Shown one piece after another: positions 17,251-26,238 of a stretch of 37,009 nucleotides of DNA (the first letter of the stretch is position 1; each line of letters starts with the position of its first letter). A program made the translations under genes and the position numbers. Source of the DNA: a virus; IMG/VR virus record IMGVR_UViG_3300045988_084160, positions 1-37,009 of that record; one strand, 5' to 3'. The notes beneath the pieces were generated by a model. That model searched no databases. It was not told the DNA's origin and worked only from the letters and a program-made list of their open reading frames with translations.

Positions 17251-17574
17251 ATGGATAATTTCAAAATTATATACAAAATTCTGAAAGCTATGGAAGTAGC
17301 AATGGATTTAGAAGAATTTGACACAAAGTCAATATCTAAAGAGACATTTGGATTAACAGAAGCAAGATGGAGTAGAATTATTGCAATGCTTGCAAATGAA
17401 GGCTATTTGACTGGAATAGAAATATGGAACAGCTTCGATTGTGGATATCCTAAAGTAGCATTATCTAGGCCAGAGATAACAATAAAGGGATTAGAATATT
17501 TAGAACAAAACAGTCTAATGAAGAGAGCTGCCGAAATGGCAAAGGGAATTAAGGAAATAGTTCCAGGAATTTAG
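17251..17574 (+). CDS. YjcQ-family winged-helix protein (moron)
   Basis: IIYKILKAME......FD....IS.E.FGLTEARWSRIIAMLANEGYLTGI matches the YjcQ pattern known from Bacillus prophage-like elements. Confidence 0.65.
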   Translation: MDNFKIIYKILKAMEVAMDLEEFDTKSISKETFGLTEARWSRIIAMLANEGYLTGIEIWNSFDCGYPKVALSRPEITIKGLEYLEQNSLMKRAAEMAKGIKEIVPGI

Positions 17575-17597
17575 TTAAAGAATAAAGATAGATAATG

Positions 17598-17619
17598 GCA
17601 TCCAAAGGGTGCTTTTTTT
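17598..17619 (+). terminator. Intrinsic terminator
   Basis: GCATCC-AAA-GGGTGC hairpin followed by TTTTTTT. Confidence 0.6.
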
Positions 17620-17646
17620 ATGCAATAAAATAGAAGGAGGTAACAA

Positions 17647-17808
17647 ATGTTAATTGCAAAAATCAATTTTTATGACAAGGAAAACAACCTTAAATTGGTA
17701 AAGGCTGGAGAGGAAGTTAAAGCTAGGACAAGCGAGCGTAAAGAGTATTTATTGAAATTAGGCGCAGTAATTGAAAAAGACGAACCAAAGGCATCTACAA
17801 GTAAGTAG
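17647..17808 (+). CDS. 53-aa hypothetical protein
   Basis: AAGGAGG RBS. Bounded by terminators on both sides. Not in the ORF track. Confidence 0.45.
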   Translation: MLIAKINFYDKENNLKLVKAGEEVKARTSERKEYLLKLGAVIEKDEPKASTSK

Positions 17809-17817
17809 GTGCTTTTT
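17791..17817 (+). terminator. Intrinsic terminator
   Basis: GCATCTAC / GTAGGTGC stem followed by TTTTT. Overlaps the stop codon of the 53-aa ORF. Confidence 0.55.
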
Positions 17818-17888
17818 ATATGCCCAAAACGTGATGGCTTAAAACTCTCGGAATATGCTGACGAGCTAAAACGGAAAGGATAAATAAG

Positions 17889-18554
17889 ATGAAGAAAACA
17901 ACATTAATACCAATGAACATTCAGTTTTTTGCAGAAGGCTCAGGTGATGGTGGAGATGGAAACGGTAATGGTAACAATGGCCAGAGTAATACCGGTAATG
18001 GTAACAGTAACCAAAATACTGGAAACAGTAATCAGGGTGCAACATATACCCAGGAACAGTTAGACGGAATTGTTAATAGCAGAACTGCAAGAGCTGAGCA
18101 GTCGGCTTTAAGGTCGTTCTTTCAACAGCAGGGAATGTCAGAAAATGAAGTGACACAGGCAATTAACAGTTACAAAGCGCAGAGAGCAAAGAATACACCT
18201 GATGTTGCAGGAATGCAGACAGAGCTTGCACAGACTAAAAGTCAGAATCAGCAGCTTGTGGTTCAGAATTCAGCAACAATACAGGCTGTGGAGTTAGGAA
18301 TTGATGCAAAATCTATTCCATATGTAATAAAAATGGCTGATTTTAAGGAAGTAATGAATACAGATGGAACAGTTGATGCTGAAAAAGTAAAAGCAGCAAT
18401 AAACAAGGTTTTAGAAGATGTACCAGCCTTGAAACCGGCAGATAGTGGAGCAAATAATAATCAGGGATTTACACAGATTGGAGCTCCAAATAGTAATAAT
18501 CAGCAAAACCAGGATGACTTGTTAAGAGGCATCTTTGGAATAAAGAAAAAATAG
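17889..18554 (+). CDS. Capsid scaffolding protein (DUF4355-like)
   Basis: N-terminal IPMNIQFFAEG, a Gly/Asn-rich linker, a Q-rich helical body, and position immediately before the capsid gene. Confidence 0.75.
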   Translation: MKKTTLIPMNIQFFAEGSGDGGDGNGNGNNGQSNTGNGNSNQNTGNSNQGATYTQEQLDGIVNSRTARAEQSALRSFFQQQGMSENEVTQAINSYKAQRAKNTPDVAGMQTELAQTKSQNQQLVVQNSATIQAVELGIDAKSIPYVIKMADFKEVMNTDGTVDAEKVKAAINKVLEDVPALKPADSGANNNQGFTQIGAPNSNNQQNQDDLLRGIFGIKKK

Positions 18555-18567
18555 GAGGTAGTAATAC

Positions 18568-19464
18568 ATGGCAGCATTACAGTACGCTGATATTTTCAGC
18601 AACATTTTAATCGAATTATATGGTCAGTCACAGGTTTCTGTAGATTTATATAATTCAAATTCAGACATTCAGATTGTGAATGGTAAAAACTTAAAGATTC
18701 CTAAATTATCAGTAAGTGGATATAAGGACCATACAAGAGGTAGTTTAGGTTTTAACACAGGTTCATATTCAAATGAGTATGAAACAAAGACATTAGAACA
18801 CGACAGAGATATTGAGTTTGTAATCGACCCGGTAGATGTTGATGAAACTAATTTAGTAGTAACAATTGCAAACATTCAGAAGAGATTTGAAACAACTCAG
18901 GCTATTCCTGAAGCAGACTGCTATACATTTAGTAAGCTTTATTCAGAAGCTAAAAGAGTAGGTGCGAAGGTTAAGACAACAGCTCTTACAACAGCAAATG
19001 TTCTTTCAGATTTTGATGATAACTTGGAAGCTATGACAGATGCAGGTGTCCCACTTGACAGAGTTATTCTTTATTGTACACCAGCTTACCTTAAGTTGCT
19101 TAAGAATGCAGAGGGTATTCAGAGAACACTTGAAGTAAGCGGAGCAAAGGGAATCGACAGAAGAGTTCATTCTATCGATGATATTGGAATGATTAAGGAA
19201 GTTCCATCTGCAAGATTTAAGTCCAAATATAACTTTACTTCAGGATGTACAGCTGATGTATCAGCGGTTCAGATGGATTACATGTTAATTGACCCTGAAT
19301 GTCAGGTATCAAGAAACAAGTATAGTTTCATTACAGTATTTGAACCTGGAACAGATTCAAGAACTGCGGACAACTATTTATATCAGAACAGAAAACTAAA
19401 TGGTACATTTGCTATTGATGAACTTATGAAAGAGGGATGTATCATTCATGCAGCAGCAGAATAG
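18568..19464 (+). CDS. Major capsid protein
   Basis: 298 aa directly after the scaffold gene, with a strong AGGAGG RBS. Assigned by synteny. Confidence 0.7.
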   Translation: MAALQYADIFSNILIELYGQSQVSVDLYNSNSDIQIVNGKNLKIPKLSVSGYKDHTRGSLGFNTGSYSNEYETKTLEHDRDIEFVIDPVDVDETNLVVTIANIQKRFETTQAIPEADCYTFSKLYSEAKRVGAKVKTTALTTANVLSDFDDNLEAMTDAGVPLDRVILYCTPAYLKLLKNAEGIQRTLEVSGAKGIDRRVHSIDDIGMIKEVPSARFKSKYNFTSGCTADVSAVQMDYMLIDPECQVSRNKYSFITVFEPGTDSRTADNYLYQNRKLNGTFAIDELMKEGCIIHAAAE

Positions 19465-19475
19465 GAGGCAATACC

Positions 19476-19802
19476 ATGAGAGCGGTAAAGGATAATAAGG
19501 TATATAACATATCTGAAATGCAGAAAGATGAATATCTTACATTAGGATATGATATTTACGATGATGAAGGTAAAATTTTAGAACACTCACCTAAGACTAC
19601 AGTTTCATATGCAGAATATGAAAAGGTGGTTAAAGAAAGGGATGAGTTGAAAGCTCAGCTTAATAAAATTTCAGGTGACAAATTCTCTGCAATGGAAGCG
19701 GATGAATTAAAAGCATATGCTATAGAACATGGAATTGATTTAGGTAATGCCACATCAAAAGAAGGAATTATCAAAAAAATCAAAGCTAGTAATGCAGAAT
19801 AG
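19476..19802 (+). CDS. Head-associated protein with a C-terminal Rho-N/SAP-like motif
   Basis: ELKAYAIEHGIDLGNATSKEGIIKKI is the HeH/Rho-N-type motif. ATG 19476 follows AGGAGG. Confidence 0.5.
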   Translation: MRAVKDNKVYNISEMQKDEYLTLGYDIYDDEGKILEHSPKTTVSYAEYEKVVKERDELKAQLNKISGDKFSAMEADELKAYAIEHGIDLGNATSKEGIIKKIKASNAE

Positions 19803-19813
19803 GGGGTGAGCCT

Positions 19814-20200
19814 ATGGCTTACACCCCTTATGTGTCTTTGGAAGAATATTTGAAAACTGCCAGAGAGTTAATACCACAAGATGATGTTGATAAGATGTTG
19901 AGGCAGGCAAGCAGACATATTGATGCACTGACATTTAACAGAATTGTTGCCAAAGGATTTGATAATCTTACGGAATTTCAAAAAGATGTGGTAAAAGAGG
20001 TTGTATACAGACAGGCAGAATTTGAATATGAAAATGAAGATATGATAAATACTGTTTTATCCAGCTATTCACTTAATGGTGTATCAATGAATTTTGGAAG
20101 TTCATGGAATTTATATATTGAAAATGGAGTAGCAATTAGGAAAGATTTATACTCATTATTAAAGCAGACAGGTTTGTGCTGCAGATTGGTAGGTGTATAG
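19814..20200 (+). CDS. Head-tail connector protein (by synteny)
   Basis: Position and size within the connector gene block. Confidence 0.5.
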   Translation: MAYTPYVSLEEYLKTARELIPQDDVDKMLRQASRHIDALTFNRIVAKGFDNLTEFQKDVVKEVVYRQAEFEYENEDMINTVLSSYSLNGVSMNFGSSWNLYIENGVAIRKDLYSLLKQTGLCCRLVGV

Positions 20201-20539
20201 ATGAAATATCCTAATTTAGTACCAAAATCAATGTGCAAGACAGACATAAGTGTGATTATTTATAAAGAAGGAGTATCTGAAACAGGTGCTCCTTTAATTG
20301 CACTTAATGACAAACTAAAGTGTAATTACCAGGACAGAGCCTACACAAAAATGACCGCAGAGCAGAAGATAGTAACATTAAGTGGAAAAGCGTATTTTTG
20401 TGGAGATATATGTCCCGAGCAGGCTGTAATAAGTAGTGGGACAGTAATTGTGTTCGGAGTGAAAAGAGAGATATATCAGGGAACAAAAGCAAGAAACCCT
20501 GATGGAAGTGTAAATTATACATTGTTGGAGCTGATGTAA
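20201..20539 (+). CDS. Head closure / head-tail adaptor protein (by synteny)
   Basis: Abuts the previous stop. Size and position are typical. Confidence 0.45.
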   Translation: MKYPNLVPKSMCKTDISVIIYKEGVSETGAPLIALNDKLKCNYQDRAYTKMTAEQKIVTLSGKAYFCGDICPEQAVISSGTVIVFGVKREIYQGTKARNPDGSVNYTLLELM

Positions 20540-20540
20540 T

Positions 20541-20921
20541 ATGAAAGTTAATTCAACTATCAAATTAAATATGGGTAAGATAGCAAATCTGACAAAAGCA
20601 CAAAGAATGGCATTGGAAATGACTGCAGAAGCTGTTCATACAGATATGGTTCAGTCTCAGGTAATGCCATTTGATACAGGAAATCTACAGAATACACAGA
20701 CATTTGTAGACTATTCAGACAGTGCAAGCGGAAAGATTACAATTGCTTTTAATACCCCATATGCAAGAAGATTATACTATCATCCTGAGTTTAATTTTAC
20801 AAAATCAGAAAATCCAAATGCAAAAGGCAGATGGGCAGAGGATTATCTTGAAAATGGTTCAAAAAAGGATTTTGCACGAAAAACATATAAACAATTGTAT
20901 AAAAAACTTGGAGGTATATAG
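20541..20921 (+). CDS. Neck protein of the HK97 gp10 / minor capsid-like family
   Basis: The NTPYARRLYYHPEFNF motif resembles that family. Supported by synteny. Confidence 0.45.
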   Translation: MKVNSTIKLNMGKIANLTKAQRMALEMTAEAVHTDMVQSQVMPFDTGNLQNTQTFVDYSDSASGKITIAFNTPYARRLYYHPEFNFTKSENPNAKGRWAEDYLENGSKKDFARKTYKQLYKKLGGI

Positions 20922-21317
20922 ATGATTTCTTTAAAGAATATAAAAGACTGGTTAAAGCAATTTGACGTAGCTGAACATTATTATATGGGAAAGCTGGATA
21001 ATAAACAGGATAAGTCTGTTGGAGTATATCAGAGAAGAACATCTGACCAACCAAGAATATGCTTAGGTGAAAAATCATCATATGACATCAAATCAGTGTC
21101 AATACTTCTGCATTGGACAAACGATGCAGATGAAACAGAAGAAAAAGCGATGGCTTTATGGAATGTTTTAAGAAGCCAGACAAATGTAACAATTAACAAT
21201 GTTCATATCCCTTATATAAAGTTACTTAATTCAGAACCTATAGATGTAGGAACAGATGAAAAAGGAGTATACGAAAGGGTTATAGAAATAGATTTTTATT
21301 ATTCGAAAGGAGTATAA
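20922..21317 (+). CDS. Tail completion / terminator protein (by synteny)
   Basis: Lies immediately upstream of the tail tube gene. Confidence 0.45.
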   Translation: MISLKNIKDWLKQFDVAEHYYMGKLDNKQDKSVGVYQRRTSDQPRICLGEKSSYDIKSVSILLHWTNDADETEEKAMALWNVLRSQTNVTINNVHIPYIKLLNSEPIDVGTDEKGVYERVIEIDFYYSKGV

Positions 21318-21318
21318 T

Positions 21319-21756
21319 ATGTCAGCAGAAAATTCAGGAGTTTTTCCGGTATATAAAAATGCGTTTAAGGTGGGAGCTGCAAAGGCATCTTTAAATGACA
21401 TAGCTGATATGGAAAGTTTTTCAGTGTCATTTGACAATGGTATTGAAAACTGGACACCAATGGATGCAGAAGGATGGCAGAGAGGCTTAATGACAGCAAA
21501 AGCATTGACAATCTCAGTATCCGGAAAAAGAAACAACGGAGACACAGGAAATGATTACGTAGCAGGAAAAGCATTTGTAAATGGTAGGGATGCAGAAGGA
21601 TGTTTTCAGTGGACATTCCCAGATGGCACAGTAGTACTAATGGAAAATGCAATTTTTAGCGTAACAGCACTTGGAGCAGGTGACAGTACAGCAGTAGGAC
21701 CACTTGAATTTGAAGTTCAGAGTAACGGTAAGCCAACTGTAACACCGGCAATTTAG
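21319..21756 (+). CDS. Major tail (tube) protein
   Basis: 145 aa. Precedes the chaperone pair and tape measure. Followed by an attenuating hairpin. Confidence 0.6.
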   Translation: MSAENSGVFPVYKNAFKVGAAKASLNDIADMESFSVSFDNGIENWTPMDAEGWQRGLMTAKALTISVSGKRNNGDTGNDYVAGKAFVNGRDAEGCFQWTFPDGTVVLMENAIFSVTALGAGDSTAVGPLEFEVQSNGKPTVTPAI

Positions 21757-21762
21757 AATTAA

Positions 21763-21792
21763 GGAGCAGGGTTAAAAGCCTTGCTCCATTTT
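21763..21792 (+). terminator. Terminator/attenuator after the tail tube gene
   Basis: GGAGCAGGG / CCTTGCTCC stem followed by ATTTT. Confidence 0.5.
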
Positions 21793-21812
21793 AGTATTAG
21801 GAGGAATATAAC

Positions 21813-22109
21813 ATGTCAAAGATTATTGATATTACAGATAAATTAGATTTTGAAGAAAACCCAAGATTAAAAGTAAAAGATATAGAACTCGAAGTTGATG
21901 CAAGTGCAGAAAACTTATTGAAAGTAATGGGTCTTGCAACAGATGAACCAACGGCTAAGGACGTTCTTGAAATGTGTGAAATCATATTTACAAAAGAAAG
22001 CAAAAAGAAATTAGATTCTTTACATCTTAATTTCAAGGATTATAACACTGTAGTAATGGCTGCGATTAATCTTGCATCAGGAAATGATAACGAACCGTCG
22101 GGGGAGTAG
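21813..22109 (+). CDS. Tail assembly chaperone (G-like, zero-frame product)
   Basis: Acidic 98-aa ORF between the tube and tape measure genes. Ends just after a G5 run. Confidence 0.7.
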   Translation: MSKIIDITDKLDFEENPRLKVKDIELEVDASAENLLKVMGLATDEPTAKDVLEMCEIIFTKESKKKLDSLHLNFKDYNTVVMAAINLASGNDNEPSGE

Positions 22110-22444
22110 ATACATTTTACGACCTGATAGAAGATTTTGACTTAATTGTAAGTTCTTTTGCATCACAGTATGGAATAAGGCTGGGAGAATTAAAAACTAT
22201 GAGGTGGAGTGAATTTGTAAGCTTACTCACGGGAATATCACCAGATACGGCACTTGGAAGAATAGTTTCCATTAGAGCAGAAACAGACAAGGAGATACTA
22301 AAGAACTTTAATGATGAACAAAGGAAAATCAGAAATGAATGGTTATCGAAACATTCACGGGCAACAGTAAAAAAAGAAGATGCAGAGAAATCAATGCAGA
22401 ACATAGAAAAGATGTTTATGAGAATGGCAGGGTTAAATGTATAG
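22100..22444 (+). CDS. -1 frame extension of the tail chaperone (GT-like; Gp15-type domain), reached by slippage on CGGGGGA
   Basis: The -1 frame is open from 22091 and has no start codon before Met at 22199. W-x-EF..LL.GIS.DT.LGRIV.IR is the phage Gp15 pattern. Confidence 0.6.
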   Translation, partial: GGVDTFYDLIEDFDLIVSSFASQYGIRLGELKTMRWSEFVSLLTGISPDTALGRIVSIRAETDKEILKNFNDEQRKIRNEWLSKHSRATVKKEDAEKSMQNIEKMFMRMAGLNV

Positions 22445-22580
22445 AATTAAATGCAATATATGTGGGCAAACCTTATGCAAAGCGGACATCTTTAAGGGTG
22501 AAATTAAATGCCCACGATGTAATCAGATTAACTACATAGAGTTTATTAGAAAAAGAAAAAATGAAGTCAAGAGCCAATAA
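22437..22580 (+). CDS. 47-aa Com-like zinc-ribbon protein
   Basis: MYRIKCNICGQTLCKADIFKGEIKCPRCNQINYIEF fits the C-x2-C...KA...IEIKCPRC pattern of Mu Com. It is in a different frame from track ORF 22339..22539. Confidence 0.6.
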   Translation: MYRIKCNICGQTLCKADIFKGEIKCPRCNQINYIEFIRKRKNEVKSQ

Positions 22581-22630
22581 TCTCCACCTTAGAGTAGGAG
22601 AGCGTGCCTGCTTTAGAAAGGAGAGAGAAT

Positions 22631-25600
22631 ATGGCTGAAAGTGTAGGTCAGATTGGACTTGATTTAGTTATTAATCAGAATCAATTTCAGTCACAGTTAA
22701 ACGGAATAAAATCAGTTGCAAAAAAGGCAGGGGCAGTTATAGCTTCTGCCTTTGCTGTTAAAGGAATAGTTAACTTTGGAAAAGAATGCCTGGAATTAGG
22801 TAGTGATTTAGCAGAAGTTCAGAACGTAGTTGATGTTGCGTTTCCAAATATGAGTAATAGCATTGACAAATTTGCTAAAAATGCGGCAGCCCAGTTTGGA
22901 TTATCAGAAACTATGGCCAAGAGATATGCCGGTACATTTGGCTCGATGGCATCAGCGTTTGGATTTACAGAAAAAGAAGCAGCTAATATGAGTACCACAT
23001 TAACAGGATTAGCCGGTGATGTGGCATCATTTTATAACATTAGTCAGGATGAAGCATATACAAAAATAAAATCTGTATTTACAGGTGAAACTGAATCTTT
23101 AAAAGATTTAGGTGTAGTAATGACACAAACAGCGTTAGATCAGTATGCTCTTGCTAATGGTTATGGAAAAACAACTGCAAAGATGAATGAGCAGGAAAAA
23201 GTTGCGTTAAGATATGCATTTGTTCAACAACAGTTATCAAATGCTACAGGCGATTTCGCCAGAACATCAGACAGTTGGGCAAATCAAACAAGATTATTAG
23301 CATTGCAGTTTGACAGTCTGAAAGCAAGTTTAGGTCAGGGGTTAATTAATGTGTTTACTCCGGTTATTAAGGCAGTTAATGTACTTTTAGGCAAATTGGC
23401 AACGCTTGCAAGTGCATTTAAAGCATTTACAGACTTAATTACAGGTAACAAGAATGCAGAAAAATCCACAACTGGAATAGCAACAGGAATGGAAAATGCT
23501 TCTGCAGCCGCTTCTGATGCAAACAGTAATGTGAAATCAATAGGAGATACTGCTACAAAGACGGCAAAAAAAGTTGAAAAATCACTTGCAGGCTTTGACA
23601 AGATAAATAAATTAACTGAACCAACATCAGATGATTCATCATCAGGAAGCAATGGAAGTAATGGTAGTTCAGTAGCCGGTAGTCAAGTTGACTATGGAAG
23701 TCTTAATAAAGGCGAGACAGAACTAGATGGATATTCAAAGAAATTTGCAAAGATTTTCAAGGACATGCAAAAAGAACTGGCACCAACAACAGAAGCATTA
23801 AAAAAACTGTACAATGAAGGTTTGTCTAAATTGGCTGGTTTTAGTTGGAATGCACTTAAAGGCTTTTATACTAATTTTTTAGTTCCAGTTGCCAAATGGA
23901 CATTAGGCAAAGGATTACCTGAATTTATATCAGCATTAAATGATGGATTAAACAATATAAATTATGGAAAAATAGAAAAATCCTTAAATAATTTATGGAA
24001 AGCACTAACTCCATTTGCCATTAATGTAGGTGAGGGTTTACTTTGGTTTTGGAAAAATGTATTAGTTCCATTAGGTACATGGACAGCTAATGAAGTAGTC
24101 CCAAGATTTTTAGAAACCCTTAAAAATGCAATAAACATACTTAATGCAGTAATTGAAGCATTAAAACCATTGTTTAAATGGCTATGGGATAACGTATTAA
24201 CTAAAATTGCAAGTTGGACAGCTGGTGCATTCACCACAATATGGGATGGAATTAATGGAGTACTAAATAAATTCTCGGATTGGTGTGAAAAACATCCGGG
24301 AACAATCAGGACAGCAACAGTTGCCGTAGCAGGATTTATGGCAGCATGGAAAGCAATAAAATTCGGCGAATTTATTGTAAATGCAGGTGGTATAGTGTCA
24401 ATTTTGGAAAAAATGAAGAAAGCTATATCAGCGTGTACCGTTGCAAAGATAAAGGACAATATCGAAACAGCCAAGATTGTTGCGCTATATGCAAAAGATG
24501 CAATAGTGAAGACCGCAAGTACTGCAAAAACTATTGCATTAACAGTAGCGCAAAAAGCAGCCGCATTAGCACAAAAGGCATTAAATATTGTTATGAATGC
24601 AAATCCTTTGGCTTTAATAGTAGTTGCAGTTACAGCATTAATTGCAGCATTTGTATTGCTGTATAACAAGTGCGATTGGTTTAAGAAAGCTGTTGATAAA
24701 ATTTGGAAAGGTATTAAAAGTGCCTTCTTTGTGTGCTTTGATGCAATTAAGGAATTTTTAACTACAACATTACCTGATGCATTTTCAAAATTAAAAGAAA
24801 AAATAGACCCTATATTACAAACTATAGTAGGAATAGTTAAGACTTATATAGAAAGTATTCAAACTGTAATTAATGGAATAACTACAACTGCAAAGGGAGT
24901 AGTAGACTTTATTACAGGAGTATTCTCAGGTGATTGGAAAAAGGCATGGGATGGAATAAAGGGAATCTTTAGTGGTTTCTTTACAGCATTAAAAGGAATA
25001 CTTGCAACAGTTGGAACAGTCATAAGCGGGCCATTTAAGGTAGCATGGTCAGCTATATCAACAACATTTAAAGGAATGGGTAGTTGGTTTCAGACTAAAT
25101 ATGACGCAGTTAAAACAGTTTTCGTTAATGTTGGAACATTCTTCAGTGAGAAGTTTACAGGAGCATATGATAAAGTCAAAAGTGCGTTTGCAAATGTAAA
25201 ATCATTCTTTAAAGAAGATGTATGGGGAGCAATTAAAGGTTGCTTTAGCAATGTAGTTGATTGGTTTAGCTCAAAGTTTAGTGCTGCGTGGACAGCAGTT
25301 AAGGATGTATTCAGTACAGGTGGAAAGATATTTACCGGAATAAAGGAAGGTATAGCTGATACGTTTAAGACAGTAGTTAATGGATTAATAGATGGAATAA
25401 ATAAGATTATTAAAATGCCGTTTAATTCTATAAATGGCATGCTTAATAAAATCAGAGGCGTTGGAATAGGTAACGTAAAACCATTTGAAAGTCTATGGAG
25501 TGAAAATCCAATATCAGTACCTCAAATACCTAAACTTACACCAAAACTTGCACAAGGTGGTTTTGTTAAAAAGAACACTCCACAGCTTGCAATGATTGGT

Positions 25601-25855
25601 GATAACAGACATCAGGGAGAAGTTGTTGCACCTGAAAACAAATTACAGGCTATGGTAGATGAGGCAGTAAGTAAAGCTGGCGGTAACGGAATCACAAAAG
25701 ATGAATTAGCAAGAATAATGGACAGAGCAGTAATCAGAATTATAGCAGCTTTTTCAAGTGTTGGATTTAATATCGATGGCGAACAATTGGCAAGACTTGA
25801 AAAAGCAAAGAAAGCAGCATTAGACAGACGTTTTAATAGTGTGACGATAGTATAG
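22631..25855 (+). CDS. Tape measure protein
   Basis: About 1075 aa, Ala/Lys-rich and helical, with central hydrophobic segments. ATG 22631 lies 7 nt after AAGGAG. Confidence 0.85.
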   Translation: MAESVGQIGLDLVINQNQFQSQLNGIKSVAKKAGAVIASAFAVKGIVNFGKECLELGSDLAEVQNVVDVAFPNMSNSIDKFAKNAAAQFGLSETMAKRYAGTFGSMASAFGFTEKEAANMSTTLTGLAGDVASFYNISQDEAYTKIKSVFTGETESLKDLGVVMTQTALDQYALANGYGKTTAKMNEQEKVALRYAFVQQQLSNATGDFARTSDSWANQTRLLALQFDSLKASLGQGLINVFTPVIKAVNVLLGKLATLASAFKAFTDLITGNKNAEKSTTGIATGMENASAAASDANSNVKSIGDTATKTAKKVEKSLAGFDKINKLTEPTSDDSSSGSNGSNGSSVAGSQVDYGSLNKGETELDGYSKKFAKIFKDMQKELAPTTEALKKLYNEGLSKLAGFSWNALKGFYTNFLVPVAKWTLGKGLPEFISALNDGLNNINYGKIEKSLNNLWKALTPFAINVGEGLLWFWKNVLVPLGTWTANEVVPRFLETLKNAINILNAVIEALKPLFKWLWDNVLTKIASWTAGAFTTIWDGINGVLNKFSDWCEKHPGTIRTATVAVAGFMAAWKAIKFGEFIVNAGGIVSILEKMKKAISACTVAKIKDNIETAKIVALYAKDAIVKTASTAKTIALTVAQKAAALAQKALNIVMNANPLALIVVAVTALIAAFVLLYNKCDWFKKAVDKIWKGIKSAFFVCFDAIKEFLTTTLPDAFSKLKEKIDPILQTIVGIVKTYIESIQTVINGITTTAKGVVDFITGVFSGDWKKAWDGIKGIFSGFFTALKGILATVGTVISGPFKVAWSAISTTFKGMGSWFQTKYDAVKTVFVNVGTFFSEKFTGAYDKVKSAFANVKSFFKEDVWGAIKGCFSNVVDWFSSKFSAAWTAVKDVFSTGGKIFTGIKEGIADTFKTVVNGLIDGINKIIKMPFNSINGMLNKIRGVGIGNVKPFESLWSENPISVPQIPKLTPKLAQGGFVKKNTPQLAMIGDNRHQGEVVAPENKLQAMVDEAVSKAGGNGITKDELARIMDRAVIRIIAAFSSVGFNIDGEQLARLEKAKKAALDRRFNSVTIV

Positions 25856-25860
25856 GAGTA

Positions 25861-26226
25861 ATGGATATGGCAGAAGCAGTATTAAAGGCAGGAAGTGTTG
25901 AACTTCCTGCGCCTGTCAGCTTGTCAATAGCAGATGAATTGATATGGACGGCAGATACAGGCAGAACATTAAACGGAAAAATGACAGGTGATGTAGTTGC
26001 AGAAAAAAAGACAGTAAGCATAACATGGGGAATTTTAACAGAAAATGAATACTTAAAAATTAAGAAAAATCTAACAAGAGGATTTTTCCCGGTTACGTTC
26101 AGAGATGATGGTGGCTTGATAACTATTAAGACATACAGAGGAACATTAACTAAAGAAGTTTTAGGAAGATTGTCGGATGGAGTTTTTTATTACAAATCGG
26201 CAACAGTAGACTTGATTCAACAGTAA
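25861..26226 (+). CDS. Small tail protein (distal-tail position)
   Basis: Lies directly after the tape measure gene. No motif recognised. Confidence 0.45.
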   Translation: MDMAEAVLKAGSVELPAPVSLSIADELIWTADTGRTLNGKMTGDVVAEKKTVSITWGILTENEYLKIKKNLTRGFFPVTFRDDGGLITIKTYRGTLTKEVLGRLSDGVFYYKSATVDLIQQ

Positions 26227-26238
26227 AGAGGAAATTAA

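Noticed and set aside
22339-22539. 66-aa track ORF overlapping the end of the chaperone extension.
   Set aside because: It has no RBS and no motif. The same DNA in another frame encodes a clean Com-like zinc ribbon with paired CxxC motifs, which is the better reading.
23962-24669. 235-aa minus-strand ORF inside the tape measure gene. Similar long antisense ORFs occur at 23335..23652, 25090..25440, 28732..29142, 11156..11494, 11876..12283 and 21231..21545.
   Set aside because: They are antisense to well-supported genes, low in complexity and hydrophobic, and lack an RBS. They are a typical by-product of codon-biased AT-rich coding sequence.
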